DNA from: Octopus sinensis
Lineage: Eukaryota
Length of the DNA stretch: 64,000 nt
Direction: 5' to 3'
NCBI RefSeq assembly: GCF_006345805.1
Contig: NC_043004.1
Location: 105,524,001 to 105,588,000, forward strand
Part shown: positions 40,484 to 54,821 of the stretch, piece after piece
How positions within the stretch are numbered: position 1 is the stretch's first letter
How the letters are laid out: the number at the start of each line of letters is the position of its first letter
The notes under the pieces: generated by a model
The model's database searches: none
The model's input: the letters and a program-made list of their open reading frames with translations, nothing else
What the model was told of the DNA's origin: nothing
Program-made: the position numbers and the translations under genes

Positions 40484-41304
40484 TATTTGTATGCATTTAT
40501 GTCTGCATGCGTATGCATATATCTATCTGCGTGTGTATTTTTTCAAAGAGAACTAGTCTGGCCATCAAACAGAAAATGATGTCATAGAGTTTTATGGAAG
40601 GTTTGTTTGGTCATCATATTGATGAAGAAACATTCTAAAGTTGTGGTCAAAAGTAAAAAAAACAAGCAAATTTAGTACAATTATTTATTCTGTACGATAT
40701 ACTGTAGTGATGTAGCAAACCTACATCTAAATAAAACTCACATTTATTCTGTGTATAACTAATACTTATGCATAACTGCTAGTTACGTACAGAGCTTAGT
40801 TCTATAATCCAACGGATATGTTCACTCCACACTCATGCATAATCCTTATCTTTGTACAACTTCATATACACAACTCCATATTTATCTACAAGTCATATAA
40901 AAATGAAATCCATATGAATGTATAATCTATATTAATGTAAGTCCGATTTTTCTCCCTTATTTCATTCTTGCTCCAAAAATTAGTTGGATTAAGTGGTTAT
41001 ACGAAAATAGATGCTTTTTTTATATTTTTCAAATTGTATAGTTAATCAGTTTTTCATTTCACTGTTTTGAATAATCCATACACATATACCTACATATATA
41101 CCTACTAGTATATGCACATACAAGGAAACACACCCACACAAATATATGTATGTAAGTATATACATATTTGCAACTTGTATGTAATTTTGTGCTGTGTATA
41201 TGTACAGGCTGTATGTATGTATGTGTGTATGTATGTATGTATAACTCATAGTTATGTAAGAGCCTTATGAGAAAAAAATAACAAATATATAAACAAATAC
41301 TCTC

Positions 41305-41745
<441 letters not shown>

Positions 41746-41883
41746 ACATTTGCTATTTGGTTTAATTTGATGGTTAAAAAGTGAAGTAAGCTCGTAACCA
41801 CATGAGTTCCATTCCTGTTTGTGTCTGGGATGATTAGATTGGCATCAGCAGAATTAAAATTTTGATTTAGTAATGGAACATAC

Positions 41884-41969
41884 CTGAGACCTTGGGGGGG
41901 GGGTCAGTTTTAGTGGATTATTGTCTAAAAGGGACAGATTGGGAACAAGTTTAGTTAGAATTCTTGAAA
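41884..41969 (-). CDS. Candidate exon (SRILTKLVPNLSLLDNNPLKLTPPPRSQ)
   Basis: cttctctttgttcAG acceptor, CAG|GTATGT donor, one open frame; contains a C10 run. Confidence 0.2.
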
Positions 41970-42639
41970 CTGAACAAAGAGAAGTGGAAACTAGTTCCTG
42001 GAAGCAGACATTGTGATCTAGTTTTCATTTAGAGTTGTTGCTATTTCCCTTTCTTTGCCATGCGTCGGAAAGGTGTGCATGCCACAGCTTCTCCTTTTCT
42101 TCCAAATGAGTCGAAGATTTCATCACCATTGTTGTCGATGTCATGGTCATGGTTGTTGTGGTCATGGCCGTGGTTGTGGTGGTGGTCATGGTCGTTATCG
42201 CTGTCATCATTGTCATCGTCGTCATTGTCATTGTTTTCATCATCATCATCATCATCATCTTTTTCATTATTTAACGTCCATTTTTCTATGCCTGCATGGA
42301 TCGGCTGGTTTCTTATTGCTTTCTTTCATGAAAGCAATGGAAAACTACCTTTTATGATCTCCAATGCTTTTACATAACATAAGTTGGTCAACTAGATGCT
42401 GTATAGACAAAAATGACCATGTCTACCTGGGCACACAAAACATGAAGAGCTGGAATAAATCCGATAAAGCATTTTCTCCAACACTGGAACTTTTCTGCCA
42501 ATCAATCGATTGCCCTCAACCAGGTCTTTAATTGAGCACTCCTCAAAGGATGTAAGGCAAAGTTGACTACTGCGGGATTTGAAGTGGAAATAAAATAAGC
42601 AAGAACAAATAACTCGGGGCATTTGACGCTTTTATCTTC

Positions 42640-42760
42640 CATCTTTCACTTGTTGGACTGTGGCCATGCTGGAGCACTGCTTTGAAGGATTTTGGCAAAA
42701 AAATCATACCCAGTTGTCAAGTGGTGGAAGGACAAACACCAAGATACATGCACACATATG

Positions 42761-42791
<31 letters not shown>

Positions 42792-43065
42792 TAGGTTTTC
42801 ACACAGTTCTCATCTACCAAATTCACTCACAAGGCATTATTCAGCCCAGAGCACTAGCATAGCTGGGGGCACTTTAGGAGCGGTCCACCCTGGGCAGCAC
42901 TTTTAAAGGGGTGCCACTTTTGGGTGTGCTGCAGGCAATATGTGTTTTTTGTAGGGTTCGGGAGTGGCAAATAGAAGGGCCACCCTGGGCGGCACACACT
43001 TTAGCTATGCTAGTGGCCCAGGGCTATAGCAGAAGACACTTTGTCAAGGTGTCACACAGTAAGAC
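42640..43065 (-). mobile_element. Old SINE B split by a MITE
   Basis: ctaccaaattcactcacaaggc...gcccag[MITE]gcccagggctatagcagaagacac. Confidence 0.7.
42852..43015. mobile_element. 164-bp hAT-type MITE
   Basis: Perfect 13-bp TIRs CACTAGCATAGCT/AGCTATGCTAGTG; 8-bp TSD gcccagag/gcccaggg. Confidence 0.85.
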
Positions 43066-43069
43066 TGGC

Positions 43070-43385
43070 GCTCTGTTGGTTATGACAAGTGTTCCAGAGG
43101 ATCTAATCAACAGAACAACCTGCTCCTGAAATTGATGTGCAAGTGGCTGAGCACTCCACAGACACATGTACCCTTAACGTAGTTCTCAGGGAGATTCAGA
43201 GTGACACAGAGTGTGACAAGGCTGGCCTATTGAAATACAGGTACTACTCATTTTTGTCAGCTGAGTGAACTGGAGCAACGTGAAATAAAGTGTCTTGCCC
43301 AAGGATACAAGGTGCTGCCAGTTATCAAACTCAAAACCTTACGTTTGTGAGTTAAATACTCTAACCTCAGAGCCATGCACTTCCA
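43070..43385 (-). mobile_element. CORE-like SINE
   Basis: Homologous to 38080-38400. Confidence 0.8.
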
Positions 43386-44813
43386 TGCAATAGGACTGAA
43401 CCCCAAAGCTATGTGGTTGCAATAAATGATATAAAAAAGGAAATAAAAAAGTTAAACTGACTTTTCAGTCAATGAACCAGGTTACACAATACTAACTGAG
43501 CAGGAAATATGACACAGACTTGGTGTTGGGAAAGAGAGAAAGGTAGGTGGATGCAGATGAGCTGAGTATAGTGTTGGTGGTGGTGGTGATATGAGAGTGA
43601 TGGTCATGAGAGAAGAGACAAAAGGAGGATGTAACTTGATGACAATGAGCTGGAGACATAGTAAATGGTATCAGGTTAGTTTGATCTAAGGGTTCAGTGA
43701 TACAGAGGGAAGCCTTTTATTTCAGATGTGTATTTAAGTATTTAGGGTGCATTTAAATATAATTAAGGGCTTCTAACTGCTATGAGATAATATTTACTTA
43801 TGTGACTTGCAATGAAAATAGATCACTGCTATTATGTACTTTGCTGTGTTGATGACATGGGTTTTAAAAATCCAATTAATATGAGATGTTTACTGCTGTT
43901 GTTTAACTCCAGGTCAGCTTTCATCAAACAGACCTATGATCAAAGAAATTCCAATTGTGACCATCGTATCTCTTTTTTTCATTTTATCCACAATGTATCT
44001 AAAACTACATTATTCAATGTGCCGTTTCTTTAGTGTTCAGATTACTCTGTCAGGTATAATGCTTATTCATTCACATTGTTTTGAATTAATCCTGCTTTAT
44101 CCTGTGACATCAACATTTTGATGATGTGATTGTTTATTTTTAGTAGGACATTGTAGTATAGGTGTGAGAGGCTGGATCTGGCTGGTTTGAACATAAAACA
44201 GGTAGAATATTTAGGTCAGATATGACCAGCTTGAATGCTAAAGGTTTAAAGATGATACAATGTGAGAGTCAACAGAGATTTAGCTGTTATTTCTAGCAGA
44301 GTGAATTAGCTGAGTCATTGTAGCACTGGATAAAATGCCTTGCAGTATTTATTCCACTTCACCTTGTATCTTGAACAATAAATGGTTTCTAACGTAGGCA
44401 CAAAGCCTCATATTTACAAGGAGATGGGTGCAGTTGAATTTAAGTGACTCACTGTATTTGACTTGTTAGTATTTAATCATTCAGAGTTCAAATCCCATCA
44501 AGATCAACTCTGCTGTTCGTCTTTTCAATATTGATGAAATAAAGTACCAGTGAAAATGTTGAAGCAATGGATGAGATACTTTGCAGTGTCTCTGAGTTCG
44601 AATTCCACTGAAGTACCCACTGTGGCCTAAACATGGGAGCACCATGTGCCGCTTATGACAGGTAAGCATAAACAGGTAATGAAACCAATGGAAACTAGGG
44701 AACGACAAAATTTGATGGCATATAGTACACACTATTTTCCATAGCAAATAGAAAACTATTTTTCATGGCATATAGGACACTATTTTTCAAAGCAAAAAGT
44801 TTCAAAATTTTAC

Positions 44814-44889
44814 CTCAGGTCCTGTATCCAAAGTTGGGCCTCCCATCGGCTTTAATGCACTAAAGACATTTTTTCCTGAATATGTGCTG
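44814..44889 (-). CDS. Candidate exon (STYSGKNVFSALKPMGGPTLDTGPE)
   Basis: cctctcatttcAG acceptor (NAGNAG), GAG|GTAAAA donor, single open frame. Confidence 0.35.
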
Positions 44890-45344
44890 CTGAAATGAGA
44901 GGCTGATATCTAATATCTTCATTTATCTTTTATGTTATCAAATATCATATTTTCCATTGGTTTTTCAAATTACTGATGCTGCCTGTTCATCGTATTTTGG
45001 TGATAGGGTTGGCCTTGAGCTCAGAATGCTCAGAGATGGAAGGGATACCATGAGCTATCCCACTTGGACAGCTACTTCTTCTTTTTTTTTGTTTTTGTTT
45101 TATCAATCCCCAAAAGGATAAAATGCTGAGTTGATATCGGTTAAATTTGAAGTCAGAAAAAACAGAGGGTTGAAATAAATATCATTGGGGGGGGAGGAGA
45201 TAGGGTGTGTGTGTGTGTTGTGTGTGTGTGTGGCATTGTGTCTAACACTTTAACAACTCTTCCACTTTTCACAACTACAACACCTCCAACAATATCAAAA
45301 ACAATAATATTGGCTTCATCATCATCACTACCATCCACCACCAC

Positions 45345-45376
<32 letters not shown>

Positions 45377-45689
45377 CCATCACCATCAACAACAACAACA
45401 ACAATAAACATGGCAAAATGTTAATGTAGTCCTGAAGTGACATTGCAATCTGTTGGTGGATCCCTTAATGAAAATAAATGAGTTTTGATGGTGTCGGAGG
45501 GAGCAATGAGAAGGGGGGGAGAAGGGCTGAGACATTAACATTGTTGGTTGCGTCGGTGGGTTTGGTGGGGAGGGGGTCAGTAGAAACCAATTAAAGTTGT
45601 GATTGACTGATTGATTTGATTGATGGAGTAAGTGAGAGATCTGGTGCCTTTCACTTTCATTGGGACTATCGAGGTTATGTCTAATTAGG

Positions 45690-45925
45690 GATTGGTAGTG
45701 TGGTATCTGTGATGGTGGTGGTGGTGATTGTAGTGGCGGTAGCAGTGGTATCTATTGTGGTGGTGGTGTGGTGGTGGTTGATTGTAGTGGTGGTAGCAGT
45801 GGTATCGACTGTGGTGGTGGTAGTAGTAGTAGTTGTATCTACTGTGGTGGTGGTGGTAGTAGTAGTAGTAGTTGTATCGATTGTAGTGGTGGTGGTTGTG
45901 GTGGTAATGGTAGTGGTAGTGGTAG
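45690..45925. repeat. (GTG/GTA)n trinucleotide tract
   Basis: Directly visible; similar tracts at 32720-33045, 56090-56740 and 57520-57850. Confidence 0.9.
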
Positions 45926-46157
45926 ACGGTGAGCTGGCAGAGATGTTAGCACGCCGGATGAAATGCTTAGTGGTATTTCGTCTGCCGTTACGCTCTGAGT
46001 TCAAATTCCGCCGAGGTCGACTTTGCCTTTCATCATTTTCAGGGTCGATTAAATAAGTACCAGTTATGCACTGGTGTCGATATAATCGACTTAATCCGTT
46101 TGTCTGTCCTTGTTTGTCCTCTCTGTGTTTAGCCCCTTGTGGGTAGTAAAGAAATAG
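45925..46157 (+). mobile_element. SINE A inserted in a (GTA/GTG)n tract
   Basis: Homologous to 1656-1887; ggtagtggtag on both sides. Confidence 0.85.
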
Positions 46158-46199
46158 GTAGTGGTAGTGTGGTATCTAACTAACTGGCACTTCTTCAGT

Positions 46200-46460
46200 T
46201 ATGACGATATAGGTTCCAATTGATCCAATCAACACAACAGCCTGCTTGTGAAATTAATGTACAAGTGGCTGAGCATTCTACAGACGGGCATACTCCCAAC
46301 ATGGTTCTCAGAGAGATTCAGCATGATACAGAACATGACACAGCTGGCCCTTTGAATTACTTACAGGTACAACTCACTTTTGATTGGTGCAACATGAAAT
46401 AAAGTGTCTTGTTGAAGGACGCAATGAGCTGGTGGGAATTGAACTTGTAGGAAATGAGTT
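46200..46460 (-). mobile_element. CORE-like SINE
   Basis: Homologous to 43070-43385. Confidence 0.7.
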
Positions 46461-46719
46461 GGCACTGGATGGGTGCTTCACAAGTCCATACATAGTTCAT
46501 GGAAGGAAAAGGCGAGGACAAGATCTCTCCGAACAAATAATAATAATAATTCATTTCGCCTGAATAAACATTTCATCTCTGGACATCGGTAGCCTGGACG
46601 CCTTGGTATGGAAGCAGCAGGGTTGGTAGTTAGACACAAAAATATGATGTGATCATGAACCAAATAGCTTAACAATTCAGCCAAACACTTTATCATACAC
46701 ATAGCCATTACTTCTCTTT

Positions 46720-47055
46720 GAATTCTTGGGAACGTTGGGCCTCACATAGGTGATAAATGACCAAGATCATTGTCGATATGCTGTGCTTGAGAAGACTCAT
46801 CAGGCTCAAGTGAAATCATAGCTGTGGTAATGTCAGTGCCATGTAATTGGCACTTCATGCTGGTGGCATGTAAAAAGCACCCATTACACTCTTGGAGTGG
46901 TTGGTGTTAGAAGGGGGCATCCAGCCATGGAAACCATGCCAAAACAGGTTGGAACCTGGTGCAGCTCTCCAACTTACCGGTTTCAGTCAAACCATCCAAT
47001 CCATGCCAGCATGGAAAGCAGACCCTAAATGATGATGATGATGATGATGATGATA
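46720..47055 (+). mobile_element. Family D copy retaining RTE ORF2 C-terminus
   Basis: Translates LGTLGLT*...RYAVLEKTHQAQ, then the family D 3' UTR and (ATG)n. Confidence 0.75.
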
Positions 47056-47792
47056 TTATGCCAGTTTAACCTTTGTTATTCTTTTGAGACCTGAACTTAA
47101 TACATTATATAGAGCAGTCACAGGCTCCCTGTGTCCCACTGGACTTTCTGAATGGTATGCTTAATAAGGATTTACTTTGAAACTCAGTAGTTGTGTAGCT
47201 TGGTTGATGATGAGCCTTGTCTCATGTGACCTGCTTCTTGAAAAAGGTTTCCCATGCCTCATATTGAGTGTGCCTCTGTGTGTGTGTGTTGTGTGTGTGT
47301 GTGTGAGTATCTGTGTGTATGCATGTATGTGCATGTGTATATGTGTGTGCATGCGTGTGTGTTTGAATATGTGTGTCTGTGTGTGTTTTATATATATGTC
47401 TCTATATATGTGTTGATTTATATATGTGTATGTATTGTGTGTGTGTGTTGTTAAATATCATTTAACGTAAGTAGTACATAGATATGAGCTACTAATAATT
47501 TTTTGCTTGGAGAGGCTGGTCTAGGAAAGTTTTTATAACATGCTAAATATCTCCAAATAATCTGCAAGCTCTGAACTCATGCTCTATTCAATTTGCAAAC
47601 CAGGACGCTGGTACAAGAGAAGTTTCAAGAAAAAGATGAAAAGATAGATGCAAAAATGGAAGGAAAAAGAAAATTAGAATTATATCTCCTTTGATTGTAA
47701 AGCCACAATTAAGCTAGTTGTTATAGAATAATTCAGTGGAGATGGGTCCCAATCTGTGAGATAGCTGCTTAATTCAGAGAGGGTGATGTCTT

Positions 47793-48023
47793 TCAGCTCA
47801 CCAAAATAAATTTGTCCATATATTTGCATTTGCTGAAAATTTCAGATCTGGAATCCAATATTGCAATGGAATTCTTAGATCTAAAATGAATATGTGATCT
47901 TTCAGCTATGCATAAGTTGCATTTCTTAGATCCATTAACATACGGCATGAATTTTTCTACAATTTTCCATCTGGTTGTATATGGTGTACAGTTGGTCTTC
48001 AAATTCCATACAAGTTTAGCCAA
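47793..48023 (-). pseudogene. Penelope-like GIY-YIG endonuclease C-terminal fragment
   Basis: LAKLVWNLK...WKIVEKFMPYVNGSKKCNLCIAE...LDSRSEIFSKCKYMDKF. Confidence 0.8.
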
Positions 48024-49720
48024 CTTAGTGGCTTTACTTTTGTCAATGTGTATCTATATAACAAGATTGGTTAGTTTTTCTTGTATGTGTGCCAGGTGAT
48101 GAAAAATTCTAGTGGAGAGCGTGATGAAGGACTGCAGCAGTGATGGTGAAATGAAGGTCTATAGCAGCTGCTAAGATGAAGAACCACAATAGGTGATAAG
48201 ATGAATGACTCTGAAAGGCAGTAAGCTGAATCACTAAACTGGATGTTGAGATAAGGGACTGTGGCAGGTAGTGAGAATGTAGCAGGTTGTAAGATAAAAG
48301 ACTGATTGATGGACTACAACATGTGGTGAGATGAAGGATCATGGCAGTTGGTGAGATGAAGGACCTCAACAGGCAGTTTATGATGATTTGTAATGGAAAG
48401 CAAGACATTAAGTGTTTGTGTGTATGTGTGTGTATGTACTCACACAAACACTTATTCACATATGCATATGCATGCAAGCTTATCCATGCACACTCACATA
48501 TATATAGACATTCATTAAAACTGCTGATTTCATGAACAGGAAAACTTGACAAATGCCTTCTTATGCACACACAAACACTATATACATATGTATTTGCATG
48601 CATATGCACGCTTTTGTTCTTATTGGTGTGCATTCAGGTATATAAGCTACATTTTATTTTGCACTCATTAACAAATATATATCCATATCCTTTTTCTTTT
48701 CTTTTGTGCAGTTTCTTGCAAAAACTGCGCAACGTGGGGTGGGTGGAGGAAATATAATATACATATATATATAAAGAAAAATCATATCAAAGCTACAAGA
48801 TATTTGTTAGGATAGACAAGATGAAGGAAAGGGGGATAAAAGAAAGGAGAAAAGCCATTAAAGATATAAGCATGAGGAAGAGGAAAGACAGGGAAATAAT
48901 GAAAGGAGAAGGAAAAAATAAGAAACTGGAAGAGAAGAGGATAGAAGTTATTTGCAGGCATTGAGTTAAAAGAGAATGATAAGTAAAAGAAGAAAAGACA
49001 AGAAAAAAGGTGGAGGAGAGGGAGAGGGAGAGAGAGAGAGAGAGAGAGAGGTGGGTAGGTGGAAGTATGAAAGATGTTGTGTTTGAGGAACTAGGTGTGG
49101 TGTGTGTATAGATAGGATAGCGGAAGAATGATAGTTATATTAAAGCATAAGAACAGAGAGGAGAAAGGGGCAACAGAAGGGAAGGCTATATGGTGGGTGC
49201 AGGGGACATTCTATGTGTGAAGTGTTTCTGCGATTTTAGAATATTTAGGTAAGGGTGATATATTGGAGAAGAAAAAAATCCCAGATGGAATAGGTTAGGA
49301 AAGGTGGAAAAGAAACAAAAGAAATGGTAGGAAAAAATATGAAAAATGTAAGAATAAATAAAAGCAAGATAAGCAAAATGGTAGAAAGTTTAGAAAGGTG
49401 CTGCCATCTATGCAACATGGTATAAAGTGTAATTATATAGAAGTAAGCATCATTATGGATGCTTACTTCTATATAATAAATAGTAAAAAAACGATGTGCA
49501 TGTGTTTAATATTACATGGATTTATGTATACACACAAACATGTGCATCCATGTATATACAGATACATAAATACATACACGTACACACTCACACATATATA
49601 TATATATACGTCTACATATATATCTGCATATGTATGTGTGTACAGACACACAACACATAAGTGTATATGTATGCTTATATGTGTTTGTGCGTGTATAGGT
49701 ATATATATATAAATATATAA

Positions 49721-49775
<55 letters not shown>

Positions 49776-50104
49776 TTATATATATATATAAACAACATAT
49801 ATATACACATATATATATACATATGTATATACATATATATACACAGATATATATACATATATGCAAACACACAAACACACATATGCATGTATCATACAGA
49901 TACACATAAACGCACATATATATTACAGTTGAACCAATGCGGGGCTCTGATCCAAACACATGAAATATATATATGCGTGTGCACACACACACATTATTAT
50001 TGTTGTTGCTGTTCTTGTTCTTGTTGTTGTTCTTCTTCTTCTTCTTCTTATTATTATTATCATTATCATTATTATTATTGTTGTTGTTGTTATTATTATT
50101 ATTA

Positions 50105-50167
<63 letters not shown>

Positions 50168-50619
50168 CATTATTATTATTATTACTACTACTCTGTACTG
50201 TACAGGTAGCACAAATTCAGTTATATGACATCCACATAAGTGCATCTAATATCTATACATATATAATTGTTCAATAGTGTGAAAGGCTGCAATATATGTA
50301 TGTCTACATACGTACAAATATACATTCATATACCAGAAATTGAGATATATGACATAACCTCATGAATATACACAATATCTATACATATGTAATTGTTCAA
50401 TACAGTGATGGGTGATATATCAACATATAAATATATATATATCTATGTCATGTGTGTAGATGTATATGTATATATATACACACACATATACAAATCTGAA
50501 ACAAGAGAGTGTGTGCGTGCAAGTTTGCATGTACATGTGTGAATGTATTTATGCAAACATTTATATTATATATATATATATATATAATATATATATATAT
50601 ATATTATATATATTATATA

Positions 50620-50660
<41 letters not shown>

Positions 50661-51010
50661 TACATAAGTATGTGTATGTATATGTGTTGCATGTGTGCAT
50701 ATATAATGTGTATGTGTGTGTGTAAATTTAATATTTTACTCAATATGCTCACATAGCAAGTGTTTATGTGTGTTTATGTGGGGTATCTGTTTTTCAATTC
50801 GTTCTTTATGCATGTTGTGTTTACATACCTGTAGATGTTAGCATTTGACTTCTGCACATGTATCTATGTATGGGTATGCATCTAGGCAGATATTCTATGT
50901 ACACGTAATGCTGTTTCATTTCATATCACAATTCTATCAATCTCTGCACCAAAACTATTAAATACGCATCCCTGAAAGGTGCGAACACCGTATGAATAAT
51001 GATTACTCAC

Positions 51011-51044
51011 AAATCTTCTGGTTCGTTGATTACATAAGTAACCT
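51011..51044 (-). CDS. Candidate 34-nt exon (EVTYVINEPEDF or GYLCNQRTRRF)
   Basis: tatttcAG acceptor, TT|GTGAGT donor. Confidence 0.3.
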
Positions 51045-51239
51045 CTGAAATATTTCAAGTTTCAAAAATAATACACACGTATGTGCAGGCATGATGGTGA
51101 GGTGTAACCTTAGCTACGAGGCATAAGCATGACTGTGAGGCACGAGAATGGCTGTGAGGCACAAGTTCAGCTGGGAGACACAGGAATGGTTGAGGCACAG
51201 GCCTGGCTGTGAAGCACAAGAATGGCTGAGGTACATACT

Positions 51240-51550
51240 TTTTGTTGTTTGTTCCTTCTCGATCCATGCCTGGCTCATAAGGGCCAGTTTTCCAGTTTCT
51301 TTGGCATATAGGCTCCCCACCTGGACAGGATGCTGGTCCATCGCAGTCGCGCTGCAAGATGCAGGAGGAAAGAGTAAGAGAAAGTTGTGGCAAAAGAGTC
51401 AGCAGAAGTTCGCCATTACCTTCTGCCGGAGCCATGTGGAGCTTAGGTGTTTCACTCATAAACACACACATTGCCCAGTCTGAGATTCGAACCCATGATC
51501 CCTTGACTGCGAGTCTGCTGTGCTAACCACTAGGCCATGTGCCTCCACCT
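51240..51550 (-). mobile_element. SINE family C
   Basis: Minus strand: tggcctagtgg A-box, ggttcgaatc B-box; homologous to 11633-11965. Confidence 0.8.
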
Positions 51551-51729
51551 GAGGTACATACTTGGCTATGAGAGACAAGTAAGGCTGTGAAACACAGGCA
51601 TGGTTGGGAAATTGATAAGCTTCTTTCTCAACCATATGTTATGGGTTGAGTGCAACTGCATGACACCTTGGGAAAATGCTTTCTACTATGGCCCTGGACT
51701 GACCAAAGTTTTGTGAGTAGATTTGATAT

Positions 51730-51995
51730 TTGGATTTTGAAGCATTGCTCATGTGGTGTCATGGAAAAGTGCCCATGTGGCGCTATGTAAAAGCACCCAT
51801 GCGGCGCCATGTAAAAGCACCCAGCACACTCGGTAAAGTTGTCAGCATTAGGAAAGGCATCCAGCTGTAAAAACCATGCCAAATCAGACTGGATCTTGTG
51901 CAGCTCCCCAGATTGCCAGCTCTGGTCAAACCATCCAACACACATCAGCATGGACAACAGAAATTAAATGATAATGATGATGATGATGATGATGA
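51730..51995 (+). mobile_element. Family D copy
   Basis: ~22-bp repeats, ggaaaggcatccagctg, (ATG)n tail. Confidence 0.75.
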
Positions 51996-52240
51996 TATAT
52001 ATTTATGTATATATAAAAAACAAGTTAAGAATGGAGTTCTTGATATTACATTTATTCCATGGTTTACAATTGCATTGATAATGTATGGCTGACAAATCAT
52101 ATAACATTGCTTGAAGGAATGTAAGGGAGCAATAATACTGGTATATCAATTATACAATACATATCAGATAATAATTAGCCCACACCCATCTACTCATAAC
52201 TCCTGCATATTGTACATATCTATCTATCTGTATATATGTG

Positions 52241-52283
<43 letters not shown>

Positions 52284-52313
52284 ATATACACACACACACA
52301 TACATACATACAC

Positions 52314-52344
<31 letters not shown>

Positions 52345-52355
52345 TATATATACAC

Positions 52356-52391
<36 letters not shown>

Positions 52392-52392
52392 T

Positions 52393-52693
52393 GTATGGAG
52401 GCGCAATGGCCCAGTGGTTAGGGGAGTGGACTCATGGTTGTAGGATCGTGGTTTCAATTACCAGACCGGATGTTGTGAGTGTTTATTGAGCGAAAACACC
52501 TAAAGCTCCATAAGGCTCCGACAGGGGGTGGTGGCGATCCCTGCTGTACTCTTTCACTGCAACTTTCTCTCACTCTTTCTTCTGTTGGCCTGCTTGCTTA
52601 GCCAGCAGGGTGGAGTCATATGAAAGCGAAGCGCATTGTGACCAGCGATGTGTAGCAACATCTAATAGCCTGGTCGGTCACGTGATCACGTGA
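52393..52693 (+). mobile_element. SINE family C head and body with a different tail
   Basis: First ~190 bp align to 11633-11830, then diverge (gcgcattgtgaccagcgatgtgtagc...cacgtgatcacgtga). Confidence 0.75.
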
Positions 52694-52704
52694 TATATAT
52701 ATTT

Positions 52705-52910
52705 GACCGTGTTCTGCTGTCTGCAGGATACACGAACCATATGAAATCACATGAAAATTGTAATGCCCAGATAGGTAATGATCTTGGACACCAACCACTT
52801 CTTATGACTTGTGTCATATGTCAGAAAACTTGTAAGACCATACCTGGACTTAAAAGACATATGCTCATTCGCAAAAACATTCCTTCAGAATCAGATTCCA
52901 AATGGCAAAT
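52705..52910 (+). pseudogene. C2H2 zinc-finger fragment, probably a LINE C-terminus
   Basis: SAGYTNHMKSH...CVICQKTCKTIPGLKRHMLIR (final His replaced). Confidence 0.5.
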
Positions 52911-53319
52911 ATATAGAAGAAACTTGAATAATATCTGTGTGCATGTGTGTGTGTGTATGTGCATATGTGCATGTGCATATGTGTGTATGTATGTATGTAC
53001 ATAGTTCCACGTGGCCTTGTGGCGAGGGTGCTGCTCTATCTATCATAAGACTATAGGCTTGATTCGTATGGCAGGCAGCACATTGCATCCTTTGAGCAAC
53101 GCCCTTCATTTCACATTGCCCCAGTCAACTCAGCTGAAAATAGATACCAGCTGACTGCTGGTGTAGTTCTTTTTATCACCAGTTCATATATTCTCATTGT
53201 GCCACTTTCTCAGAGAGCGTTTATGTCTACCAGTGATTACATTAGCACCTAAAACAATTAGAGAAAGCAGGGGTCATACCAGGTCTTATTTACTTGTGAA
53301 TGATAGCTTAGCACAGGCA

Positions 53320-53700
53320 TAGCTGTGTGGTAAGAAGTTCCCTTCCCAACCACATTGTTCTAGGTTCAGTCCCATTGCATGGCACCTTGGACAAGTCTCT
53401 TTTATTATTGCCCTGGGCCAACCAAATCCTTGTGAGTGGAATTGGTTGACAGAAACTGAAAGGAGCCTGATGTGTACATTTGTCTATATATGTATGTGTC
53501 TGTCTGTATTTGTGTTGGTTTGTTTATGTCCCCATAACTTAGCAGTTTGGCAAAACAGACTGATAGAATAAGTGCCAGGTTTTAAAAGGTAAAAAATAAG
53601 TTCTGGGGTTGATTTGTTTCACTAAAACCCTCCAAGGCAGTGCTCCAGCATAGCCACAGTCTAATGATTGAAACAAGTAAAAGATTAAAAGATGCATTTA
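53320..53700 (+). mobile_element. Old SINE B
   Basis: gctgtgtggtaagaag...ggttcagtcccattg...gtgctccagcatagccacagtc. Confidence 0.7.
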
Positions 53701-53780
53701 TTTATCCGTGCGAGTGTAATATGTGTTCATGTGTAGTCTGTAAATTTGTATATGTTGATATGTACATATATATATGTTTT

Positions 53781-53819
<39 letters not shown>

Positions 53820-53933
53820 ATGTATGTCTGTGTGTGTATATATATTTATATATAATATATATGTGTATGTATATATATATATATATATGTATATGTGTAT
53901 GTATATATATATATATATATATAATATATATAT

Positions 53934-53967
<34 letters not shown>

Positions 53968-53969
53968 TA

Positions 53970-54190
53970 CTCTTTACTCTTTTACTTGTTTCAGTCCTTT
54001 GACTGTAGCCATGCTGGAGCACTGCCTTTAGTCAAGCAAATGGACCGCAGGACTTATTTTTTGTAAGCCTAGTACTTATTGTATCGGTATCCTTTGCTGA
54101 ACTGCTAAGTTATGGGGGCGTCAACACACCAGCATCAGTTGTCAAGCAATGTTGGGGGGACAAACACAGACACACAAACTCACATATATA
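53970..54190 (-). mobile_element. SINE B 3' half
   Basis: ctcttttacttgtttcagtc...gggggacaaacacagacacacaaac. Confidence 0.75.
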
Positions 54191-54778
54191 TACATACATA
54201 CATGCATGTGTGTGTATAAATATTCTCAGGCACGCAGGGATCAAGCTGAAGAAATAGCAAATATCTCAACAGAAACTCAATTGCAGTTCAACAGAATCTT
54301 AATGGTTTGGTGCAACAGACAAAAGATGGTGTCAGTGAAGACAATGGTAAGGATGGTGGTGGTGGTGGTGGTGTATCAGGTGATGGTGGTGGTGGTGGCA
54401 GTAATGGTATCAGAGATAGTAGGTGCAATGTTGATGGGACAGGAATATTTTGATGATGATGGCGATAATGATATTGAATGTGGTAATAGTGGTGGTGGTG
54501 GTAATAGTGGTGGTGGTGGTGGTAATAGTGGGTGGTGGTGGTGGTGGTGCTGGCACTGCTGTTGCAGACATTGAGTGTGAATGAAGGGTTGGCTGGCAGG
54601 GTTGGTAGGGGGGGGGGGGCATGAAGGAATGAGATGTCGGTGATAAATAGTAGTGATTGGTTTAATTTTGTTTTTGTTTCACATTACAAACATAAATTGT
54701 CTTTACCGTTCTGAATACACACGTGTGCATGTGTGTATGTGATGATATGTATGTATAGGTATACATATATATATATAT

Positions 54779-54821
<43 letters not shown>

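Noticed and set aside
53184-53248. Minus-strand exon GANVITGRHKRSLRKWHNENI* (or an 18-nt micro-exon)
   Set aside because: Good acceptor but ambiguous end; no independent support.
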